Assembly: GCA_001938485.1 (NCBI GenBank)
Contig: MQRK01248982.1
Coordinates: 1 to 64,000, forward strand
Origin: Girardia tigrina
Lineage: Eukaryota
DNA length: 64,000 nt
Direction: 5' to 3'
Part shown: positions 29,401 to 41,400 of the stretch, one piece after another
How positions within the stretch are numbered: the stretch's first letter is position 1
Layout of the letters: each line of letters opens with the position of its first letter
Notes under the pieces: model-generated
Databases searched by the model: none
What the model was told of the DNA's origin: nothing
What the model saw: the letters and a program-made list of their open reading frames with translations, nothing else
Program-made: the position numbers and the translations under genes

Positions 29401-32400
29401 TACCTTAACTATAAATATGATTTTAAAGTTCACCAAAAAACCCTAACAAAACTTATATAATACATTCGTTAAATTATAACTACGGATATAAATGCTAACA
29501 AAATGGATATTATCGGGCAATATCATAACAGTTCTGATTTTTAACTTGTAGAAAGGTAAAGTAGTGATAAAACTTAATAAATTGATAAAATTGTTATTTG
29601 TGATGATTATTTTAAAACAAAATGATCTTTTTTGTGATCGATTCGTGTTATATTGACAGAAATAAATTAAAGATAATATAATAATCTTTATTTGCAATGA
29701 AAATATTTTTATGTTTACAATTTTTACTTATTTGTATGATTTTTGTCACTTATTTTCATAATAATTTTATTTTCAGCTAATGAATTCAATTCTTTTTTGA
29801 TTATTGAAGGCAACAAACATCTATTAAAGTGCATCGAAGAAGATGGAGTAATAATTTTTAAAGTTATATTTTGAGATTTTTCTTTTTTTGTCTTAGCAAA
29901 CGTTTGTTTTTAATATCCCAAAAATTGCAAATCCAAATGCAGTCGACGCAAAGTTTGTGATGATTTGTGGAGACAGTCAAGATTCAAAATTAATTAAATT
30001 TCTTGCAGCAACAAACGGTATGAAAATTGGAGATTATTTTTTATTATTATTTTTTTAACAGATAAAGAATTTAATTTATAACAAAATTAAAATAAACTAA
30101 TTTTTTAAAAAACAAAAATTAATCGAATATTTAAATTATAATTTTTTTTAGAAGCAAATAACAAAGTTATTTTAGATTTCAGAATCTGTACATTTGATCT
30201 CAAGAAAAACTCATTTTATTAGGTTGAGGAATATGTTCCCGCCGTTTTTTGAATTTTTAATCAATTTTTAATCAATTTAATATTTAAATCAATTTTTTTG
30301 ATGTGGTGTTATATGTTATTTTAAAGCTATTGTTTTGCTCTAAACAATGGTGTGTTTTGTTTTTTTATTCAGATTAATTTTTGCCGATTTTTAGACCATT
30401 GAAATGGAGTGTCAAGTCGACAAAAATGAGCATTTCCGACACCATCTATTGTTTGCGTATAATCGAGGCGCCGAAGCCGCAGACGCTGCCTGAGAGCTTT
30501 GTGCTGTATACGGAGACGGTGCTATAGCTGATAGAACCGCTCGTGATTGGTTCGCAAAATTTAAAATTGGCAATTTTGACCTCAAGGATGCACCTCGTTC
30601 AGGACGACCAAATGAATTCGATGAAGAGCGTTTGAACAAATTTTTGTATGAAGACGTGCGTCAAACGACTCGAGAATTGGCGGAACAAATGGATTGTGAT
30701 AAAAAAACTTTCGTGAACCCCCTGAAATCAATGGGAAAAGTTCAAAAATTGGAGCTTGGGTCCCACATCTTTTGACCGAAAACAAAAACCAGCGATCCAC
30801 AATTTCGGCGAGTTTGCTTGCCCGTCATCGCTCTACTCACGGTCATAAGCAAACAATTTCTTCCAGTCAAGACCGGGCGATTTCTACCAAAGAGGCATTG
30901 AAAAACTCGTTGAACGTTGGGAAGAAGTCGTGAACAATGGCGGAGATTATATTTGTGATTAATTTGTAGCTAATTTTTCACAAAACGACGGGAACTTATT
31001 CATCAACCCAATAATTTATTTTTTAAGAGGCATAATCAAGGGATTATCAGACAAACATTACGTGAAAATAACAGTAAATAATAACGGATTAAAACCGATA
31101 TCTTTTTTGAAAACCAGATTAGGTTTCATCTTTTCTTTTTTGTCTTGACTACTTACGGTTTTGAAATTCATATCGTAAATATGAACCATAGATTTCGGTT
31201 TAGTATCTTTTTTAAACATACACAAAACGATGGAAACCGTATCGGTATCCTTATCGAAATACGAATCGATTGAAACGACCTCAGATGTCACAGTAAGATC
31301 GGGAAATTCTAATTGTTTAACTGTCGCATAAATCGACTTATTGTTGGATTCGGTCGATAGGAAATCACAGTGTTTAATGATAGATTCGCTCGGTAGAGCT
31401 GGTTTCAAATAAAAAATCAAAAGATAATTGAAAAATTCTTTGAAATCGCGAAAGTTGTCATTGGAAATATAATTGGAATGGCATATGAAATATCATTTTA
31501 GGTTGCTGAATATTTCTTCAGAAGAAATGTTTGGAAACAATTCCTGCTTTAAAATTGCAAATCTCAGTACGTAAACCTGAACAATAAACTGGATTGGCTT
31601 CAAAAAATTCTGCCCCGTCACCAGCAGTTCCCAAATCGCCGATTGTTGTTGATAAATCTCATTTGTAGAATTAACTAATTCATTTGATACAAACTGTGTC
31701 AGAACAGAGTTCTTTTCTGATGATCCAGACCGCCTTCTTTATAATGTTTACATTACTCATGAAATAGTCGATATAATTTTGCAAGACTTCATGTTATAAT
31801 CATTTTAAACTCTTATTTTTTCTTTTGGTAATATTTAAACAAACATTAAAATACTCTACTAATTAAATAGCATGTAGATATGTTTAGAGATTGAGATTTT
31901 AAAATTTAAAACGTGAAAAACATTGTTAAAACCATAATATTTCCTGAAGACAGAATATATCGTTCAAGGGACACAGATGCAATGGAAGCATAGTTATCGA
32001 ACCAGAAATTCTACTTGTCATTGAAAGAAACTTAAAAGAGCTTCTTCGTTACAGAGGGAATGACGGCGACCGCATTTTGAAAGAACAATTAAAAATAATA
32101 ACTAAAAAGCTTCATACATTAGTAAAATAATATAAAATTAATTAAATGAATGCTAAGGTAATCGGAATACTTGTATAGTATTATAATTATATAATCCAGT
32201 TAACTATTTTTTTGGGCTGTCTTAGATGAAACAACAGATTTTATTTACATCTCACAATTAAATATATAAGTAAGCTATCTTTATAAAAGTAAGAATGGAG
32301 AAAAGTTTTGTAAATATTTTAAAGACGTACTTAAATTCTTTGATTCCAAAGTTACAGATAAAGTTCTTTGGAAACTTATTCTTGAGAATTTAAGAAATAC

Positions 32401-35400
32401 TGACATAGATATCATTTAATACATCAGTATTTGAAGAGTAAGATACTCAATGATGGTTTCTAAACAGACTAGTTATTTTGTTGAAGTAAAAAGTAGCAAT
32501 ATTTGCTTGTAAATGTTTTTTTAAATACCATCCTTTCAGGCCATATGTTATTCTGTAAGAGAAATTGAAAACATGTTATCTTTTATATGTATCTGCAAAG
32601 TATCTGCAGCGTGAAGATGGTGGAAAATCACCAAAATATATAGCAAAAATAAATTTTACTTTTTTGAATTGCGTTATCAATCAGGATCAATGTTATGTTT
32701 CTTTACTAAAATGTTTTGTTGCGGTCAAGTACCAAAATCATCTTTAAATTTTATTTCAGAACCAAGAAAAAGAAAAATAAACGCAGTTATGAACAGTAAG
32801 TACAGTTGAATTAATTTTTAATTTTAGATTTATATTTAATTTCAAATTTTTAAAGTGTTCATATAGTTTCTGAATGCTTTAATATTTTGTTTTAAATGGT
32901 GAAATATGTAAGTGGAATGAGGAAAATGTACATATTTTATCAAATAATTTAAGATTTACTCAAATAAAATCAAGGTTTAAAGTTAATATCTTACGTTAGA
33001 ATCTTAAATTATAAAATCAAAAAAGATAAATTCGGAAATATTTTGACACAATCGGTTTTTACTTGTTATAGAAGATTATTTTCTGGGATGAATATCTAAT
33101 TCTACAACTAAAAATAATCGTATTTTTAAAAATTCTTTTAAAGAAACTGGTAAATCTGATTTCTTTAGTTAAGGGTAATAGAAGACCGACCAAATGAGGG
33201 CATGACAATTAAGGCTTAAAAAATTAAACCTCAGACAAGTGAGTCTTAGAAAATCAAGTCTTGAACAATTAAATCTCAGATGATTAAGTAGCAACATGTT
33301 TATTATTTACAATTATAAAGGAAAATCATAGGTCCATTTTTAAATTTTGTGTAAGGCCGCACAAGTATTCAATAATGGTTCGCTGGCTGCTTCTTGATAC
33401 TTTCGACGTTCTTGTGGTCGCTGTTGGTCACGAATAAATTCTTCATATTCATTGTCGCGAGTGGCTTGAACAGCTTACAGCAAATCGATAAAACGCCAGA
33501 TAGTCAGTTGGTCCGCACAGAGCTCCGTTTGTAATCGTTTATTAGTTGATTTAGAAAAGTTATTTGTGTGATCGTTGTTGTCCTAAAAAATAAACTATTG
33601 GGTTGGCCAAAAAGTCTTTTTTTTTACTAAAATATTTATTATCAAAAAATGACATGGATGCACAAATATTTTTACACGATATACTGTCCATTATTTTCAA
33701 TCACTTTCTTCCACCTTTCCGGTAGCTTCATTATTCCNNNNNNNNNNNNNNNNNNNNNNNNNNNNNNNNNNNNNNNNNNNNNNNNNNGTCATCATCACTG
33801 GCGAATGTTTTTCTGTTTAAGGAATTCTGCAGTGATCTAAATAAGTGAAAATCCGATGGGGCCAAGTCTGGAGAATACGGTAGGTGCGGCAAAACCTCCC
33901 AACCCAGTGATAAGTTTCTGTCGAGTGGTCAATCTTGTATGTGGTCTTGCGTTATCATGCTGAATTACAACTCCTTTTCGATTTACCAATTCAGGACGTT
34001 CCTGTTGAATTGAATGAGCCAATTTCTCCATCTGTCTGAATTGATGGTTTCATTCCTCGGAAGGAGTTCAAAAAACACAATTCCTTTAAAATCCCACCAG
34101 ACGGAAAGCATAACCTTCTTTTGGTGAATTTCTGCTTTTGGGATCGTTTTGTAGATGTATATATATATAGTATGGATCCTTAATATTGGATCATTAAATG
34201 TAAAAATATGTTTTTTTAATGTGTTTATTAAATATTTTAAAATTAAAAATAATATAATTAAGAAAATCATTAAAGATTAAATACTTATTTAAAAATAAAA
34301 ATTTTTTACAGCCATATATCAATTTATATATTTTAATAAAAAATGAAATAATTTTAAAATAATTTTTTTGTTTTAATGTAAAAATTATTTTATAAATTTA
34401 AAGTTTTAAAATTTATTAAATTTTAAAAGTTGAATCAAAAGAAAAATTTAATATATTAATTTTTGGCGAGATAATTGAATTAACAAGAAATTTGTTTAAA
34501 TATGTGAATTGTTGTTATAAATATACAGGGTGTTCCACAGGTTATTTTTTTATGTTAAATTGAAGTTTAGGGTCAATATATTGAGTATTGACTAATAACA
34601 TTTTTTTCAAAAATCTAGAATCATATAACAACTTACGTAACAAAGTTTTTCAAAAGATTTTGGAAAAACAAGTTAAATAATGACTCATTTATAGATTATT
34701 CAATTTTAAACAACTTTTTTGAAATAAACAAATGCTCTAAAATGAACAGTTACAAAGTTATTCAACAAATTATAAGTTTTAAAAATTTTGATTTATCGAT
34801 ATTGTTGGGGTTCCGAAAAATATAAATTAAATTTTTAAATCTAATAAAAAATTTAAAATAATTCGCTGGTTAAAATTAATAATTTTTTGATTAATATAAT
34901 AGTATTTTAATAAAATTTATAAAATATTTGTAAATATTTTGAGATTTGTTTTAGTTATTCAATTTTCAAGGTTAGGAAAAACTAGTATATAAGCAATAGT
35001 TATTTCAGTTACAGACGCCCCATTTGATCACTCAAAAGAAATTTAACTTTAAATTATATGTGTGGTAAATTTGTTGTTTGATTTCTTATATTATTATTTT
35101 TTAAACTAAAGAAATAATAGAAAAAGTTTTTTAGTATCCTGTAAAGGAGAAATTAAGCTTTAAATAAATTGTATATTGAGAAAGTAATAGTATCCTGTAA
35201 AGGAGAACATAAGTTTTAAATAAATCATTCTATCATCGCTCGAACTAAGAAGTTGTTGTAACTATTTGATCGAAGTGTGATCTTTGAATTTTAGCGTATT
35301 GATAGAGTTGAATTTATATTTGTACTTCAATTGTTGTTTGCAGAATAAATTATTATTAAAAGGTCTTGTTCATTCTTCATATATTATTGTTGGAAGAAAC

Positions 35401-38400
35401 CTTTTCTTTCATTTGGAGTCAGATTAGTAGTTGAATATAAATAAAGAATAAAACGAGTTTTAATTGTAATACCCAACAATATTTAAATTAATTTCATCGA
35501 TTAAAACAATAAATCGATTAATTTGTGATTAAATTTTGATCCATAGAATCCATATTGTTTATTTAGTGTGTTTTAGTTTAGACAGTGCTCAAGTTTCATC
35601 TTTATTCAGCGAAAATGAACCGATATTCTACAGAACAACGATGTTTTATGGTTTTATTTTATCGGGATACGAATTCACCATCAGAAGCGGTTATATTATT
35701 CAAGAAAAAGTTTGGAAATCACCACAATATAGATCCAAAGACATTTAAAAGGTTAGTAAAAGGTTTGTAAATTACATATTATGCTGGTGTAAATTTAACT
35801 GAATCGCCCTGTATTTACATTGATATGTTTCTAACTTAATATTTATTAAAAATTATTCCAGAAAATTAGTCTCGCATTACATTTTACAAAAGTTACATTT
35901 CAAAATAAAATTTTGACATGATAATCTTTTATTCACAATTAATTAGTTATAAATTATAATTATTTCTTTCATAAAAAGTCTTTATTTTTTATTTTTACAT
36001 AAAAATGATTACAATTTCTTTTAATTAATTTTGATTGAATAATTGGAACAAGGAAAGTTTGTTAAAGAAACCATTTAATGAAATAAAGGATTTTATCATA
36101 AAGTTTTTTGAGAAGAGTAAACTTATAATTAACTCTCTTCCTAATAATATCAAAACTTTTCAAGAAATCCGTCTTAAGTTTGTGTTAAAATGAAAAGATA
36201 ACTTTAAATCTACCAATGAATTTAAAGTAAAGCTGTATTCTTTGTGAGGAATATTTGGTGTGTGGATGTTTTTGTGTAGTGTTTGCATGTTTAAATGTTG
36301 TATGTTGATTTGTGATTGTGCCTCTCCTAACCAGATGGATTATCAATATTTAATTTCTTATAATCTGAAACTAATTTATATAAATTTAGATTTAATATTC
36401 AAATTTTTAATTTTTATTATTACAACTTTTAAATAATTTTATTGATTTTATTTTTGTAAATTTTTAAATAATTAAAATCAAATTTATGTTTAAAAATGAC
36501 TATAAAAATATTTTATTTCAGCCAATAAAATTTAAATTAAATATTTTAAAATAAAGTGGTCTTCTCAAGTTAGTTCAGATTATAATGGGAGATATTGAAA
36601 ATTGATTGATGGATCTAAGTGAAAGCAATACTATTGATCATCATAAAGATGATAAAAAATGTGAATATAATAAATGTTCTGGCAAATGTGTGAGTTCTCT
36701 TAATAAATTTATATATATATATATATATATATATAAACTTATATAAACTTATATTTAAACAAGAATAAAAGTTTGATTTGATCAAGGACGTTATCAGTGA
36801 ACTGATCTAAGTTCAATGCTGATGGTAATATATAATTTATTTCTACCTAAATATTTTCGAGATTGAGTAGTTAATTGTTACATTATTTTTCTAAAGTAGT
36901 TTTCGAATATCTGTTTTCTAGATGAGTGTCCGTTAAAACGACCTACAAACGACCGTGGGGAGGCAGTTACACAACCATGCCCAGAAACTACTTATATTGA
37001 AACCGATGGGGCAATAATTGATACACCTTTACCGAATATGACTGGGGATTATCCTAATGACAGTGATTCTTGTCATGATTCTGGCATTCATTCTAATGAT
37101 AGATTGTCGGATAAAAATCTTAGTGACGATGAAATGGATTGCTCAGATGGAGAGAGTAGTGATGAATTCGTAGAAGTAGAAGGATTCAGACGACGTAAAG
37201 ATAATGTAAGTCCTGAGAGATTGATTCGTGTGAATGGGAAAGTCAGATCCAGTGAAAGTCGATTGGACTCTGCTAATACATCGAGTGAGTATATATTTTT
37301 TAATACATAAAATTTTATATTTTAATATAAAAAGCGTTTAAATTTGAACTTTTTCGAAAAAATTTAATGATTATAAATTTAATGAAATCAATGTAAAAGG
37401 ATGTTTATCAGTAATTTCGAGACCAGATTTTATCTTAAATATTTTATTATAGTTTTTCAAATATTAGGCCATGAAAACCTATTTGTTGTTTTACATTTAT
37501 TTTGTTCAATGCAGTCTCTATGTTTCCCCTAGATACTGACCGGTGGTAGCAGTGAAGCAATTGTGTCGTTTATCGGTTATTTCGTACTGGGTGCATTTTA
37601 TATTATTGTTCATACAAATCATCATTTTGATTAATTAAAATATTGTTAATGAATCAATCAAGTTCCAAACAAAATTCGTTTTCAAAGTGAATTTTTTTTA
37701 TTCGTTTTAAATTCGACTGGGAAAAATATTTCGATTTCAAATATTAAATTCAGAAAATAAAATTATTCGGCTCACAAAATATCAGATCGTTCTTAAAAAT
37801 CAGTCGATATATGTAAATTCAATCGTCAAAGTAATAAACATAAATTCAATCTTAAAGATTGAGAATCGACAAAAAACAGTTACTTCAAATTATGAGGGGT
37901 TAATTTAAATTTTCATCTCACCAGAATAATTTATTATTTTTTCAATTTAAAAGGTAAAATATTTTAATGTTAATATGCTTATTAAATATTTTAAAATTAA
38001 AAATGATATAATAAAACAACTATTAAAAAATCAAATACGTATTTAAAAATAAAATATTTTTTAATGTGTTTTTAAATATTTTAAAAAATTAAAAATGATT
38101 AACAAAAGAAAATCATCAAAAAATAAATATCTATTTAAAAATAAAAAAATATTTTTTTAATGTGTCTATTAAATATCTTAAAATTAAAAATGATAAGAAA
38201 ACCATTAAATATTAAATATTTATTTATAAATAAAAATATTTTTACAGTCATAACAATTTATATATTTTAATATAAGTTATGAAACAATTTTAAATAAATT
38301 TTAAAATAAATTTTTAGTTTAATGTGAAATGTATTTAAATTTGCAAGATTTTGAAAATTGAATCGAAAAGAATTTAATAGATTAATTTGTGGCGGGATAA

Positions 38401-41400
38401 TTAAATTAACAGAAAAATTTTCTTAAATATGTGAATTGTTATTATATTAATATATTTTGATGTTAAAAAAATGAATTCAGATATTGATGTCTATGTAATA
38501 TCTGAAATCAGATATTGATGTCAGATATTGATGACTATGTAACATTTGAATTTTTTATCATTGTCGTCGTATTGATGAAAGCAACGTATCATCGAATATT
38601 AAAAATATCGAATTATATTCCCGAATCGTTTTTGTTGTTGATTATTGGAACCATTTTCGGAGTGTTAGTTGAATTCATTTTTAAACGAGAAACTTATAAC
38701 TTTGCCGTTTACGATAAGTTATTTGTTTCCTACAAAGAAGAGTGAATTATGCTCTCAATGGGCTTAGTACACTGATGATGATTCACTGCGTAATCCTGAT
38801 ACTTCCGTCCGGTTCTTGGGGAAACTCAGGGATCGGGTAGAACACTTTTGGAAAAGATCAATCAATTTCTGAAATAGATATTTAACAGTTTTGTTTTAAT
38901 TTGCATATTGAAAGTCTACTTTAATTATTCGGAAGAAATCGAAGAACTCTTTATTACTAAAGTTGTTTGTTTCCGGTGGTTGATATTTCAATCGATAATT
39001 TTTTAACAGATTCTCCATCATCAATTGAAAATATAAAATATACAGAATCGTTTTTTTTAATCTAAAAAAGGCGACAGTTACAATCATTCGAGATATTTCC
39101 ATTTGATTCTCGAACATATGTCAATATTAAAGACAATATTATATAACGCTTCAGCTTACTCCTCTGTTAATTGTTTTCAGGTTGTTGCCACCCTTTGGGG
39201 ATATCTTTTTATTTTTCCCTCAGATTAAAAATTTTCTATATCATTAAAACTGAGATTTTCTTAACAGAAAATCACTTCTTGCAACTGTTTGTAAATTTCG
39301 GTGCGGTCAATATTTCTTAGAAGAAACTTGATAACACTATTATACTTGATTCCAATAAAGTCCTGTTACACAACAAAATAGTTTTCTGTGATATATATAA
39401 CTGTACATGTACTATCCACATCGTTGCATACAATATAATATGATAACATTGTGGTTGTTGATATACATTAAATTATAGAATATTCTAAAGACTTAATTGA
39501 CCACACAACACGACTGCTAGTTTAATTTAGAGGATTTTAACCACTTAACACTAGGCTACGAATTAACTCGTCAGATCTTTATCGTACAAAAATGTTTTTA
39601 TTTAAAAAATATTCGTATATTAAAAAATTAGAAATTTATATATATTATTGTTATTTTATTTTTATTCTCTATTTTAAATAATAAAATTATGAAAAAAATA
39701 TTTTTACTTGATGAAAATCCTGAAATTCACTGTTAAACATTATTTGAAACATACGTGGTACGATCCATAAGTCCTTAGACTCCACAAGAAAGCAATGTCC
39801 AATCAACTTTATTTTTTCAGAATCAGTAAATGACATCAAAGTAAATCATTTCTCAATGTATGAGCTGTGTACATCAACACACTTGCACCAGAGAACAACA
39901 AGCTCAGAGAACGCATTTTTGTAAAAATTTGGAGGCGAAGAATTGAGAATATCAATGAATTTCACCTTGAGAACATCAACTGAATGAAAGTGGATATCTT
40001 TCAAATGTTTCTTTAGGTGTTCAAACAACACAAAATCACTTGAGGCTATGCCAGGGCTATAGGGGGGTGGGTGGGGAACCAAATGAAAATCCCAGTCATC
40101 CACAGCAGTCAAAGTTGCTCGCAAAGTGTGAATGGGTGCATTGTCTTGAAGGAGCCACAAGGGATCCCTCTTGGCTTCCTACGAGACTTTCTCATATCGC
40201 AAAGTAATTCAACATAATACTCACTATTCATTGTCAGTCCTTTCTCAAGGAAATCAATTTTAATAATGCCATAGGAATCCCAGAACACAGTCAGCATTGC
40301 TACTCGCTTGTGCGAGGTGCCACTTCGAAGTTTTTGGGGAGCACTTTCATAGGGGAAGCACCACTCAGAAGATTGACGCTTGCTCTCAGGCACATACCAG
40401 CTCACCAGGGTTTTATCTTGTGTAACGATGTTGTTGATGAAGCGATCACCATGAGTGCGAAGCAACTTCAAATTGTCAGTGCGACACTGCAATCGTTTGT
40501 CGCACATTTCACCGGATAGGAATCGCGGAACAAAACGTGAACACAGTTTACGAATTCAAAATGATTGCAGAATATCATTTGTAGAATGGTAGCTGATGGA
40601 TAGACGCTGTGCAAGTTCACGGATGCGTATTCATCTGTCTTCCGACACGATCTTCATGCACAAATCACTTTTCCCGGGTAAAATTTCACACGGTCTTCCT
40701 GATCTCTGAGCATCAAAAACGGATTGTCGGTCACGTTTAAAGTTTCTGATCCAATTATACACTGTTGCACGTGATCAGCACTGGTCACTGTAAGCTTCCT
40801 GCAACTGCTGCAAAATATTGCAGCTTTTAGTATTGCGCAGGAGCAGAAATTTTATCACGCTGCGATATTCGACGTTACTGTCCATGTCTACAGTAAAAAG
40901 TGAAATAATGGCTGTACGCACCACTCATACACACAGGTTGGATATGGTGAGTCATATCTGTAACCAATGATAGCTCATCTATTTATAGTATCAACGGCAT
41001 ATACGTCATAATCTTATTTATCAACGATTCTAAGGACTTAGGAATCGCAACACGTAGAACGCATCCTAATATTCCAACAAGATCTGATTACTTCTTTACT
41101 GAAGTACGAAGAACAAGGAAACTTTAAAAACATTCATTTCGTTTACAAGGTTCTTGAATTAAATACAGATTTCATTTCATTTTATACGGCTTTTGTCTTA
41201 CAAAGAACGTTTTTAAAATTTTACAATGCAAACTTTACTTTTTTTCACGTTTTTTGTAATGTTTTTCGTAGAACGAATCTTCGGTGGAATAAGTCTAATT
41301 ATCGTACAATTTATAATTTAATTTAAACAACAACAGCGTGACACTCGAGAGTACATGTATTTTTATAATTTATATTTTCATTATTTTGGTTTATATTAAT

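Noticed and set aside
38770-38830. Hammerhead-ribozyme-like CTGATGA motif
   Set aside because: The GAAA core does not follow stem II correctly; no convincing fold.
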